Both the position numbers and the translations under genes were made by a program. The notes under the pieces were generated by a model. It saw only the letters and a list, made by a program, of their open reading frames with translations, had not been told where the DNA came from and did no database searches. This document shows, piece after piece, positions 38,663 through 51,499 of a DNA stretch of 64,000 nt. Source of the stretch: Octopus sinensis (taxonomy: Eukaryota); assembly GCF_006345805.1 (NCBI RefSeq), contig NC_043005.1:97402001-97466000 (forward strand), given 5' to 3'. Positions within the stretch are counted from its first letter, which is position 1, and every line of letters begins with the position of its first letter.

Positions 38663-40143
38663 TCAATAACGGAGGCATTCAAGACAGGATGCCCTTGGGA
38701 GCTCCTCTATGCTGATGACTTTGCTCTAATTGCTGAGTCACTATCAGAACTGGACAAGAAGTTTCAGGTGTGGAAGCAAGGATTAGAATCGAAGGGCCTT
38801 AGAGTCAATCTAGCTAAAACCAAAGTCCTAATAAGTAGGAAGGTAGACAAATCACAAACGCCTTCAGGTAGATGGCCCTGCTCGATCTGTAGAAAAGGTG
38901 TAGGTAGAAACTCTATAAGATGCACCAAGTGTAAGCTATGGACACATAAGAGGTGCAGCAATGTCAAAGGAAGGCTAACTAGGAAGATGGTTTTTGTATG
39001 TGGCAGATGCTCAGGAACAATAAACACTGAAAATGCTCTGAGACCAACTTCTGTCACTTTCCAGGGAGAAAAACTAGAAATAGTTGATAGCTTCCGTTAC
39101 CTACGTGACCAAGTCAGCAGCGGAGACGGGTGTGCTGAAAGTGTAACTGCTAGAGTAAGAATAGCTTGGGCAAAATTCAGAGAGCTCTTACCTCTGCTGG
39201 TGACAAAAGACCTCTCACTCAGAGTAAAAGGTAGACTGTATGACGCGTGTGTATGAACAGCCATGCTACATGGCAGTGAAACATGGGCCGTGACTGCTGA
39301 GGATATGCGTAAGCTCGCAAGAAATGAAGCCAGTATGCTCTGATGGATGTGTAATGTCAGTATTCATACTCGACAGAGTGTAAGTACCTTGAGAGAAAAG
39401 CTGAACCTAAGAAGCATCAGATGTGGTGTGCAAGAGAGACGTTTGCGCTGGTATGGGCATGTGGCGAGAATGGATCAAGATAGTTGTGTGAAAAAGTGCC
39501 ATACCCTGGCGGTTGAGGGAACCTGTGGAAGAGGCAGATCCAGGAAAACCTGGGACGAGGCGGTGAAGCACAACCTTCGAACTTTAGGTCTCACTGAGGA
39601 AATGACTAGAGACCGAGACCTCTGGAAGTATGCTGTGCGTGAGAAGACCCGGCAGGACAAGTGAGACCATAACCCGTGGACTTCTACATGGGATGTAGCC
39701 AGCCCACTTATGCATACCTTCCCTTCTTGGGACACAAAACTCTACTTGTGAAGACCTGTTGAGGCAAGTGAGAATCAGAATCAGAATCGAAATCGATCAA
39801 TGGAAATTGCAACTGAGTTACCAGTGCTGGTGGCACGTAAGAGAACCATCCGAACATGGCCGTTGCCAGCGCCGCCCCGACTGGCCTTGTGCTGGTGGCA
39901 CGTAAAAAGCACCATCCGTTCATGGCCGTTGCCAGCCTCGCCTGGCACCTGTGCCGGTGGAACGTAAAAAGCACCCACTACACTCATGGAGTGGTTGGCG
40001 TTAGGAAGGGCATCCAGCTGTAGAAACATTGCCAGATCAGACTGGGCCTGGTGCAGCCTTATGGCTTCCCAGACCCCAGTTGCACCGTCCAACCCATGCC
40101 AGCATGGAAAGCGGACGCTAAACGATGATGATGATGATGATGA
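38663..40143 (+). mobile_element. RTE-clade LINE copy 2 (5'-truncated) with a PHD-type finger inside the RT region
   Basis: LLYADDFAL, a C4HC3 finger, FRYL.D, LRWYGHVARM and W..AVK..L..L...RDRDLW. Two CGA>TGA stops. 3' UTR tandem units, hairpin and (GAT)n tail. Confidence 0.95.
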
Positions 40144-40694
40144 TATATATATATATATATATCTACATGGTTTCGGGTTCAGTCCCACTGCGTGGCACTT
40201 TGGGTAGGTGTCTTCTGCTATAGCCCCGAGCCGACCGAAGCTTTGTGATTGAATTCGGCAGGCGGAAGTTACTGCCGTGTGTGTACATGTGCGTGTAGGT
40301 GCTTGTGCCTCTCCGAAAGAGAGAGAGAGGGATATATATATATAAATATCTATATATATATGTATACAAAATTTAGAGGACTGATCACTAAAAGTGGTCA
40401 TTTGTCTTGCTTATTTTTACACTTTGATTTTTTGCTGAGTTTTTTCTTGAGAACACATTCTTCATGGAAAATGGCGATTTGACATCTATATCTAGCATGT
40501 AGGCTGTCCACTTTTAGTGGTCAGTCCTCTAAATTTTGTATGTAAAAAAATTTTTTAATCTTCGGATTTTTTAAAAATATGCTAGGCCACTGGTTTTAAT
40601 TGATTAATATCAATTCCTACCCTTATTTAATTTTTTATATATATATACTTATATAAATACATATATATATACTTATATACATACATACAAAGAC

Positions 40695-40755
40695 AATCAC
40701 ACTGACGAGCTACGGACAATTACGTAAGCAGTAATAACAAAACTAGTTTGTGATT
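40695..40755 (+). ncRNA. Degenerate type-I hammerhead motif between two related ~280-bp units
   Basis: AAUCACA-CUGACGA-(stem II)-C(G>A)AAA-CUAG-UU-UGUGAUU, with a perfect 7-bp stem I. Confidence 0.55.
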
Positions 40756-41225
40756 AATCTATATTTTGTTTCTTTTCATTTGTCTTGCTCACTTACGTTC
40801 TGGCATTTGCTAAATTTTCTTGAGAACATTCCTTTCTTTGTGGTAAGACCATAGCAGATCTACATCTAGCATATGGATGTCCACGTAGTGGTCATCCCTC
40901 TTATATGTATGTAATATAATTTTTCTGTATCTTCAGATTTTAATATGCTAGACCACTGGTTTTAAATTGAGATTAATCAAATTAATATTCAATTTTTCAC
41001 CCTTATTATTTTAAATTTATATATATATATGTATATAGTCATTTCAAGAATGTCATGTCCTCATTAGGGATTAATAAATCCAAAATTTCACAATCTCCAT
41101 CATATTAGAAGAAAGAAAAAAAAATATATATATATAGTTAATCCAAACATGAAAACACAACAATGCAAGGACGTGGAACAAGTATAGTGTTATTGGATGC
41201 TCAGGAAAGGAAAGAAAGAAGGAGG

Positions 41226-41260
41226 AATCAACCTTTCGAGCGGAGCTCTTCGTCAGAAAC
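41226..41260 (-). ncRNA. Type-I hammerhead motif (relative of 19633 and 58013)
   Basis: GUUU-CUGACGA-A-GAGC UCC GCUC-GAAA-GG-UU: canonical core, decayed stems I and III. Lies within a ~200-bp element between (TA)n tracts. Confidence 0.6.
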
Positions 41261-41330
41261 ATAGGAAGAGGAAAGATTCAACGAAGGGAAGACGGAGGAA
41301 AAAAATCGCCAACAATACACAAGCAGTCAC

Positions 41331-41375
<45 letters not shown>

Positions 41376-41525
41376 ATATATATATACATATATATATATA
41401 TGTACTAGTTAATAAACCATATTGGTATACACCTGGTAGTTTGCCAGTAAAGCAGATTCACTGTCTCAGAGTTCATTGGGTTTTAATGAGAGAGACAAAA
41501 GATGGAAGATACGAGAATATTTATT

Positions 41526-41633
41526 AATCACTACAATTGCTTCAACCAATCTAACACTGATGCCTCGCGAGCGGGAACCAGAAACTTTGGTTTAGGTGTA
41601 TCCTTCAGTGTAGATGTTTCTCCTCAGGTGATT
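41526..41633 (-). ncRNA. Type-I hammerhead motif with extended stem II
   Basis: AAUCAC-CUGAGGA-[~75 nt incl. AUCUACACUGA/UCAGUGUUAGAU]-GAAG-CAAUUG-UA-GUGAUU, followed by AAUAAA. Confidence 0.6.
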
Positions 41634-42069
41634 TCAATAGGTATCTCATTAAAATAAACTCTGCTCCACAAGATTTCTTCTTGGTCTTTGTATATAGAAA
41701 TGGCAAATTAAGTTATACAGCTTCATTCTTATAGAAGATCCATAACAAATATCAGATATCAAAAAGAAACAAATATATATGTAAGCAGAGATACCAGGAT
41801 ATTATATCAAAGTAACATTTCCAATTAATCTCTTAATGTGAAAGATTTATACACACACACACAGTCACACATAATACATACATGCTAATATATATGTATA
41901 TGTATGTGGTGTCTCTGTGTGTGTATGCATATATGTATATATGTACACAATGCCCCCACCCCCACCCCCACACAAATCAATAATCTCCGTAGGTGGAAAC
42001 CAGTACACTAAACTACCTTTGTGATATTGTCGTCACTACCTCTAAATAGATATCATCTCATGACGTTAT

Positions 42070-43145
42070 TCGATACCATGACGACAGTTTGAGTATTTCC
42101 CATGGGTGTTATGGTCACACCCTTGATAGATTTAGGAACCAGCTAATTTCTACTTTTAATCAATTAGGACTTAAAATTACAGTAGCTACTAATCTCTCTA
42201 TAGTAGATATTTCCCTAGATTGAAACTGCTCCTTGTATAAACCTTTCCATAAGCCTAATGAGAAACTTGCATATATACATAAAGCCATGTCACCCTCCTG
42301 TAGTATTTAAAAACCTGCTAGCTAATATTAGTAACAGTGTCTAACCTCTCTTCTTCCAAAGAAATTTTCAAGAAAGCTGCACCTTATTATAACAAGGCCT
42401 TAGCCAATAGAGACTTCAAAGATACATTAATATATTATCCCTCTAATAATAATCAAAATATTAATAATAGATCTAGTGGCATCACAGATAAAATAATACA
42501 TAACCACTCTAGTATGAATCTGGATGATAAGAAACCTAAAAAGAGGCCAAGGAAAATGATTTGGTTTGCTCCTCCCTTTTCCCTTAATATAAAAACTAAC
42601 ATTGCTAAAAGATTCCTGTTTCTCCTAGACAAGCACTTTCCATTCACTCACAGATACTGGAAATATCTAATAGGTGTTCTGTGAAATTATCATATACCTG
42701 CTGCCCCAATATGAAGAGTATCATTACACGTGGTCAATACCAAGAGCCTGAATGCAGTTGCAATCCAGGATTCTCTCCACTTGACCAACGATGTATGACT
42801 AAATCTATCATATACGAGGCAGCAGTTACTACAACCCTAAAAAATAATACAAGTGATAAGAAGGCCTATATTGGATTATGCAAAGCTGAATTTAAAAATC
42901 ACTATGCCTTCCAACACAGGGACAAAAGTAAAGCTACGAAGTTGACTAGCTACATGTGGACTTCGAAAGATAACGAAACACTGCATGTGATTAAATGGAA
43001 AGTAATTGAGAAATCCATACCTTATGTGAATGGATCAAATAAATGTAGACCTTGTTTGGCTCAAAGAACACAGATCCTGTTCAGATCTAAGATCCTTATC
43101 ACTCTATTGAATTCCAGGTCAGAAATTTTCAGTGGTTTCATGCAT
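42070..43145 (+). mobile_element. Penelope-like retroelement: RT C-terminus, linker and GIY-YIG endonuclease, frameshifted
   Basis: LGLKITV, KPNEKLAYIH, IWFAPPFSLNIKTNIAKRFL.LLDKHFP, KLSYTCCPNMKSII, CSC..PL..C, IIYEA..AYIG and C..CL..LLNSRSEI. Confidence 0.9.
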
Positions 43146-43149
43146 ATCT

Positions 43150-43888
43150 CTTTCTCTCTTACTTGTTTCAATCATTTGACTGTGGCCATGCTGGAGCACC
43201 ATCTTTAGTTGAGCAAATCGACCCCGGGACTTATTCTTTGTAAGCCCAGTACTTATTCTATCGGTCTCTTTTGCTGAACCGCTAAGTGACGGGGACGTAA
43301 ACACACCAGCATCGGTTGTCAAGTAATGCTAGGGGGACAAACACAGACACATACTATATATATATATACGACAGGCTTCTTTAAGTTTCTGTCTACCAAA
43401 TCCACTCACAAAGCATTGGTCGGCCTGGGGCTATAGCAGAAGACACTTGCCCAAGATGCCACGCAGTGGGACTGAACTCAGAACCATGTGGTTGGTTAGC
43501 AAGCTACTTACCACACAGCCACTCCTGCACCTTGTGTATAAAATATATGTATAAATATATTTTGAAACCTTAAAGGGTTTGGTCAAACAAATAGATCCCC
43601 TACTTATTTTTTTTAAGGCCGTATACTTATTCTGTTAGTCTCTTTTGCAAAACTACCAAGTTACAAGGACAGAAACAAACCAACACCAGTTATCAAGAGG
43701 TGGGTGGTAGGCGACAGATATATACAGATTTTCTGTACGATGGGCTTCTTTCAGTTTCCATCTACCAAATCCACTCACAAACATGTTGATTGGCCGGGGG
43801 CTATGGCAGAAGACCCTTGTTCAATGTGCCACACATTGGGACTGAACTCTGGACTATGTGGTTAGGAAGCAATCTTCTTACCACACAC
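43150..43888 (-). mobile_element. Two tandem OR2-like CORE SINEs
   Basis: Full copy at 43150-43532 and an older copy at 43560-43888. Confidence 0.8.
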
Positions 43889-44342
43889 ATTTATGGTCAT
43901 AGTTAATCAAAACAGAGAAGCATACACCAGACAACTTTATTACATGACCTTGTTAGAAATGTCATAGCAGATTTAATGCTGGTCAGAGAGCTATGTCAAT
44001 TTGTTCTCTAGAAACTTATTACTCTTCAATGAAACCTTTGTCAATTTTCATTTAAACTCAAAACTTTACCAGAATTCATAAAAGAATAGATTTTCTTTTT
44101 ATCATCTAATAAGCGAACTGATAAAATGAATATGTAGATGTCTATTGTGAAGGAGTGATGACACTATCACTAAGGTAGTTTAGTGTACTAGTTTCCACTT
44201 ACATAAGTTATTGATTTGTATGTGCGTGTGTATAAATTACATATATATATACACATACACAAACATTTATATATGTCTCTCTTTCTTCATGTGTGTCTCA
44301 TTCCCTTTGTTTATTCCACTACTCCATCCATCTATCTATATA

Positions 44343-44408
44343 TTTTATTTAAAAGCAGCAGAAATATAACAAAAGTTATCGTTATATTTCTGCTGCTTTT
44401 AAATAAAA
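44343..44408. repeat. Perfect 28-bp inverted repeat with 10-nt loop
   Basis: ttttatttaaaagcagcagaaatataac / gttatatttctgctgcttttaaataaaa. Confidence 0.95.
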
Positions 44409-44554
44409 CATATTGCTCTACCTCTGGTATTTGAGTACTCTTTTTTCCACCTTGCTTACTCAGGTATATATATATAATAATAATAATATTAGGGAGTATA
44501 ACTCCAAACTTACAGGGAAAAATTCAATTTAGTATTAAATCAAATTTCACAATA

Positions 44555-44900
44555 TATATATATATATAAAATATAAATTAGAGATAAAACCACTATTATG
44601 CAACTCAGTGATCGACATAAACCAATACACAAATAACAAGTATATAATAATTAATTTTTTTTTTTCAAAAGGTATAAAATGAATGATAAATATAATATAA
44701 GTACTTATTATATTATATTATAAAATATTTACTTACTATATTATAATAATTTACATATTATATTATATTTAATATTCATTTTATACCTTTTGAAAAAAAA
44801 AAAAAATTATTATATATATTGTTATTTATGTATTTATGTCTATCACTGTTTGAGTTGCATAATAGTAGTTTTATCTCTAATTTATATTTTATATATATAT
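44555..44900. repeat. ~340-bp AT-rich quasi-palindrome
   Basis: Arms pair, e.g. aattagagataaaac.actattatgcaactca / tgagttgcataatagt.gttttatctctaatt and ttcaaaaggtataaaatgaat / attcattttataccttttgaa. Confidence 0.9.
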
Positions 44901-45960
44901 AAAATGTCATAATTTAACATTCGTTTTCCATGCTGGCATTAGTTGGACAGCTTGACAAGAGTTGGCAAACCAAGCTCCAATTAACTTTTGCATGGTCTCT
45001 ACAGCTGGACGCTCTTCCTAATACCAGTCACTTTACGGGGTGTACTGGATATACACATGTCTTTATTTTTTACTTGGTTTCAGTCACTGGACTGTGGCCA
45101 TGCTGGGGTACTGACTTAAGAAATTTTTAATTGATGAAATTGACCTCATGATTTCGAATATACATCACTTTTTGATTAACTGCTAAGGTATAAGGATGTA
45201 AAGAAACCTCACCAGTTATCAAGTTTCAAGCGACAAACATATGGGCTTACGACAATCTCTGATTATCAAATTCACTCATAAGGCATTGTTTGGCCCAGGG
45301 CTAAAGAAGAAAATTGTCCAAAGTGCTGCACGGTAGGATTGAACTAAAAGCCACATAATTGTGATATGAACTTCTTGACCTCACAGCCATCTTCTCTCAC
45401 CTTCTCCAAGTAGCGTAGCTAAGTATCTCCTCTTCTGCAAGACATCTGTTTCCGAGTCCCTATTATTGTCTAACCTCTCAGCTGGCACAAAGTCACCTGC
45501 CTCAATTCTACTTCCACTTCATCAGTTGAGGGATCTTGTTTTACAAATTACTTGGTGACTCACTGGTGTCACATAAAAAACCCTCAATATACTCTGTATT
45601 AAAGTGGTAGGCATTAAGCAATGGAAACCATGCCAAAGCTGGCAGTACATGGCACAGTCCTCTGGTTCACCAGTTCCTAACTATCCAACCCATGCTAGCA
45701 TGAAAAGCAGACTTTAAATGATAATATATATATACATGTGTTTATGTATATGTTTATATATATATATATCTGTGCTGATATGTTAAAAAAAAAAAAAGGG
45801 CACTCAATTCACTTGTTTGGTGCTAGAAAGGGTATCCAGCCATAAAAACCACACCAAAGCAGCCTGGTGCAGTCTTCTGCCTGGCCAGCTCCTGCCAAAT
45901 TGTTCAACCCATGCCAGCATGAAGAGCAGACATTAAATGATGAGGATATAGAAGTGTATA

Positions 45961-47110
45961 GAAGGGTGAGCTGAAAAGTTTGTAGGCTGACTAAGAAGGA
46001 GTGATGCTAGAGCTGTGAAATCTTGTATGCATTAATTTCATTCCCTTCTTATTAATAACTGCATTGTTTCTTTTCAGGCAAACTGACATCTCACTGTTTA
46101 AAGAAGACTCCAATAGTAACTAATAGTGACTTCTCTTGAAAATGGACAAAATTTGGTATTACCTGCAGAAAAAGTGCTTAGCCCCTCCCCCAAGACATTT
46201 ATGTGGCATTAGATGACACTTCAGCTTTAACAACAGTGGAGAAGGGGCAGCTGAATTTAGGAATGAAAGGGAGAATCTTGAAGATGACCAAAGGTCTTGG
46301 ACGTCCTGCAACTGCCACCACTAAAGAAGTCATTGACTGTTTGCACCTTACGATGATTGAGGACAGGTGACTGACTAGGAATCAGGTAGCCAATGCTATT
46401 AACACATCCTGTGAGAGAGTCGAGAATATTGTGCTGAATGAACTTGGCCTAATGAAAATTTTTGCTGTGGATGTCATGTTTTCTGACACCTGATCACATC
46501 ATGGGTAATCTGATATTGTTTGAGGCAGATCCAGCTGGTTTCCCAAGTCAGGGGCAAAGAGACAATCCATCCAGTAGAAATACCCCTCCTCCAAAGAAGG
46601 TCAAGATCATTTCATCAGCAGGGAAGGTGATAGCCTCAGTTTTTTGGATGCAAAAAGCATTGCGTCTATGGACTATCTTCAAAAGGACCACACCATCAAT
46701 GCCAACATACTGAAGCAGTTAAGAAAGGCAAACAAGACCAAATGCACAGGAAGATTGATAAAAGGGTTCTTGTTTTATCAGGACAATACTCTGATACAAA
46801 AGTTTTACATTTCAGTGGCTACTGTGCATGACTGTCTTTGAACTGGTTGATCAACCTTCCTATTCTCATAATTTGACCCCATCTGTTCCCTAACATGAAA
46901 AAAAAAAAAAACCACATGGCTGGGGACCAGTATCACAGTGACGATGATGTTATATCTGCAGTTTTTTTACCAACAAGATAAAAGCTTCCTCACCAATAGG
47001 ATTCAAGCACTGCAACACCGATGGAAGAAGTGTGGACCATGTTGAAAAATAACCTCATTGGGCCAATGTGAGTGACTTGGTCAGCCTATGAATTTTTCAG
47101 CTGACTCTTG
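45961..47110 (+). mobile_element. Degenerate mariner transposon with both TIRs
   Basis: 31-bp TIRs (..agctgaaaagtttgtaggctgac / gtcagcctatgaatttttcagct..) with TA flanks. SAGKVIASVFWDAK, FYQDN and PSYS.NL.PS remnants. Confidence 0.9.
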
Positions 47111-49669
47111 TACCTGCGAACATGTGGCTGCCATCAACATTCTTCTTTAGTTTCTCTCTCCATCGTATTATAACTCTTCTATTAGCCAAATTGCCCTGAG
47201 TGTGCAGAGATACTGTATAGAGCACTCAGTGGCTAGCAAATGAGCAGAGACTATGTAGAGTTGAATGGATTCTTTAGTCTTGTCATGACAACCTCTCTGG
47301 TGATGATGCTATGATATAGGGTGCACCCAATACACTGCATTGGAGGCACATGGCCTAGTGGTCAGAGCAGCAGACTCGCGGGTTCAAATCTCAGACCGGG
47401 TGATGTGTGAGTTTATGAGCGAAACACCTAAGCTCCACCAGAAGGTAATGGCGAACTTCTGCCGACTCTTTCCTCCTGCATCTTGCCGCTCACCTGTGAC
47501 GGACCGGCATCCTGTCCAGGTGGGGAACCTATACGCCAAGGAAACCAGCCATGGCTTGAGAAGGAACAAAACAATACACTGCATGTGAGGTGATTGATGT
47601 TAGGAAGAGCACCGTGCAACAGAAACCTAAAGTGAGTGTAGCAGAGAAACATAGTACTTGGATCCAGCTAAGGGGGCAAAGAACCGACTCACATTGTGAC
47701 AATCCATCCAACCCATGCCAGCATGGAAAGCAAATGTAAAGTGAGGATACTTTTTACTTGTTTCAGTCATTGAACTACAGCTATGATGGAGCATTACCTT
47801 GAAGAAGCTAGTTGAATAAATTGACCATAGTATTTATTGCCGGATATTTATTCTATGGGTCTTTTTTTTTTCTACTGAACTGCTTAAGTCACTGGGATGT
47901 AAACAAACTGAAAACATAGAAATATACATGCTTCTTTCAGTTTCCACCTACCAAATCTTTGGTCAGCCTGTGGCTTCAGTAGAAGACACTTGCCCATGGT
48001 GCTATGCAGTGGGACGGAATCCAGAACCAAACTTCTTACTACAAAGCCAGGTTTGCATCAATGGTGGTACATGTCAAAGTACACCTACCTAAATTAGAAC
48101 TTTATTAAGATAACTGACACTTTGGTTGGAAGATAAAGCACAGAAGTAACTTAACTGTTGGGCTGATCCCACCATTATAAGTATGAACAATCTACATACA
48201 TGCAGTATATTTATAAAAACAACATGGCTGAGCCAATGAACATAAAATATTATTTTGTTCAGGTACATAACATAGAGCTGGTATTAATACATGAAGTGTG
48301 TGTTCTTATAACAGAAATCTCAGTATTTAATACTTATCTGCAAAACTATTTGCTTTGAGCAAAATAGGAAGACTATTGATAGTCAGCAGACCTGCTAGAG
48401 ATAACAATTGAATCTTCCTCAAATTGCATCTCCTACCTTCTGAAAATAGGAAATGCTAGATAATGTTGCTAGACCCAAGTAAACTGCTAACAAAAAAGAA
48501 AGGTGTGATGGTCAGAACCGGAACATCTTTGATCATATCTGCTTGATCAGTGCCAGTCTTACTTTGCTTGTAAGAAAGGCAATGATTTCAACAATATTAA
48601 ACCTTGTTGAGTAAAGACAACTGTATAAGGCAGAAATCTCATACTATAATGTTGACTTTTTCTATTTCACACCATTTTCAACCAATGCATTTTTTGTACT
48701 TTTACAAGTAGAGTGTTTTTTCCCAACTCCATTCTGAAACTTAATATACAAATTCTCTGCATTAAACTATTTGGTTTATGAACAGAAAATTCTTCAAATA
48801 CCACAAAAAAAATTTACAGTCTAAGAAAAATTCCTTATTGCTTTGTCATACCAGTCTTCACCCAAACTTATTCAACAAAAATTAATTGCAATAATATAGA
48901 ATATATTAAGCAAAGCAAGTTTTAGGCTTAGTTTAAATTCCCAGTTATAACTTTGAAAATGCTTTTCGTAAAAAGCATACATATCAACTGTTCCACATCA
49001 TCATCGTTTAATGTCCGTTTTCCATGCTAGCATGGGTTGGACAGTTCGACCGGGGTCTGGGAAGCCAGGAGGCTGCACCAGTCTGATCTGGAGTGTTTCT
49101 ACAGCTTGATGTCCTTCCTAATGCCAACCACTCAAGCATTGATATTTTTAATTACAAAATGTGAATTATCTTACATATTAGATATAAATAAAAACAACAT
49201 GGTTGTCTGGAATTCAGTCTTGTTGTGTGGCACATAGGGCATCTGCTGTAAAAGCAACAGGTGAAAACTGTGTGTTTACATATATGCCTACTTATGATCT
49301 GCATCCTTTTATGGAAACCAGTGATCAAAAATGATGTTTGTTGATATTCCCTTTACTAACAGATCATCCTGAAGCTCCGCGCTTTTGAAAATCAGCAGAT
49401 TAAAAACAAACAAACCATTACTTTTGAAACAAGGATTAGCAATGGGAAAGGCATCTGGCCATAAAATATCTTAATACATATTCATCCAACCTATGCTAGC
49501 AGAGAAAAATGGACATAAAACAAATGCTATTAATTTTATTTTTGAAGATGTAACATATTTTTTCTTATTTACTTCTATATTTCAATCTCTGACAGTTATC
49601 ACTGTCTTACACCTGGATATTTATTTGTAAACTAATGATAGTGACATGTATGTAAATATTTTCTACAAA

Positions 49670-50350
49670 AGTGGATGAAAGACAAAGCTGACCGTAGCAG
49701 AATTTGAACTCAGAAATGTAAAGCCAGAAGAAATGCCACAAAGCATTTTGTCTGGTATGCTGACAAATTCAGCCATTTAGCTGCCTTCATGCATATATTT
49801 TTCTAGGCACAAGGCCCGAAATATTTTGGAGAAGGGCCTAGTCAATTATATCGACCCTGAAAGGATGAAAGGCAAAGTTGACCTTGGATGCATCTGAACT
49901 CAGAATGTAAAGACAAATGAAATATCTATTTCTTTACTACTCACAAGGGGCTAAACACAGAGAGGACAGACAAACAGATTAAGTTGATTATATCGACTCC
50001 AAAAGGATGAAACGCAAAGTCGACCTCAGAACCTAACGGCAGATGAAATACGGCTATGCATTTCACCCGGCATGCATATATTAAATGGAAAAAAAAATTA
50101 TTTCTAAAAGTGAAGCTAATACACAAATAGTATTCCAGCTGACAAATGCCAGTCCCTACCCAAAAATTATTGGTTTCAAATTTTGGCATTGAGTCAGCAG
50201 CTTCGAAAAAAAGGGCTAAATTGGTTACATCATCCCCGGTGCTCAACTGATACTTATTTTACTGACCCTGAAAGGATGAAGGCAAAGTCAACCTCAGAAC
50301 GTGCAGACAGATGAAATGCTGTTAAACATTTTATCTGGTGTTCTAATGAT
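49670..50350 (-). mobile_element. Cluster of Meta-like SINE copies, including a nested insertion
   Basis: Repeated gaaaggatgaaaggcaaagt.gacc..gaactcagaa, with a nested junction at about 49928. Confidence 0.75.
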
Positions 50351-51499
50351 TCTGTCAGCTTGCTGCCTTTCTTACTCAGAAAATATTAAGGAATTTTTTA
50401 CGATCCATTTATATTACTAAGACAAAATAAAAGTTTGCACCTTAGTAATTCTTCTTTCTTTGCTATGGCGTTGGACAAATTTGAAACCCTATAATTAAAC
50501 AGAGTAAGTTTTCTATTTCTATGCCTTTTCAATCCTTGCACATTAGTATTAAACTGGAAATTTATGATCATGCTTTTTTTTTTGTTTTATTTGTTTCAGT
50601 CATTAGATTTTTTTTGCTGAACTGCTAAGTTATGGGGATCTAAACACACACATGACAGGTTTCTTTCAGTTTGTTTTTCAAATCCAATCCACTCGCAAGG
50701 CTTTGGTTGGTCCAAGACTATAGTAGAAGATACTTTCCCAGGGTGCCACAGAGAGACTGAACCTGGAACCATGTGGTTGAGGAAACAAGCTTCTTACCAC
50801 ACAGCCGTGCCTGTGCCTATATGTAGAATACTTTAACATAATCTAAGTAAAATTCAAACGTTTTGAATTATTGTTTTCCATTGAATATAACCCATCAACA
50901 GATCATATCACTTTAACCTATAGAAACCCCTTGATGTTTTCAGACTAAATAATTTCCATTATGAAATGTTTATCTACATAAATATCAATAATTAAATTTC
51001 TATATGTATATCAAAACAGGATGTACTGGATTACAAATTCCATATGTCAGTTCTAACATATCATGCTTAAAAAAACACAGCAGAAAGTGTGTTAGTAGCA
51101 CAACATACGTAACACATACTGCAGGAAAATTGCATTTGATACGTACAAACCACTATCACTTTCTTGTTAAATTGAGGCTGCATCCTCTTCCTTCGTTACA
51201 TTGATGGTCTCTCTCTCTGCAAAGTATGGCTAAATTTGCTTCAAGTTCACTTCCACAGCACAACACCTCTATCAAGTATTTTCTACCTGGTTTCGGATTG
51301 ACCAATTGCTTTGTAAGAAATTGGTTGACATAAAATGGGTCCAAGCCATGCATGCTTGTAAACTTTTCTTATATTTTTTATAATGAAGGACTCACATTCG
51401 AAACATCAACACTCCCTTCTTTTTAAGCATTAAATTAATACAACTAAAACTTGTTCCTCCTATGCTGTCTTTGCTTAGTTTTGTGTTCATTTCCATATA

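Noticed and set aside
40060-40140. HDV-like ribozyme at the RTE 3' end
   Set aside because: Only a simple hairpin is evident, with no P1/P2 nested pseudoknot partners.
41545-41612. SECIS element inside the hammerhead stem II (minus strand UGAA..AAA..GA)
   Set aside because: The putative helix II strands (ggauacaccu vs uucccgcucgc) do not pair.
48051-48092. EGF-like peptide VCINGGTCQ
   Set aside because: It stops four codons later, abuts a SINE end and has no credible splice context, so it is a chance match.
49320-49375. Possible C/D snoRNA or + strand acceptor (tactaacag)
   Set aside because: The C box is imperfect, there is no terminal stem or recognisable guide, and no open exon follows.
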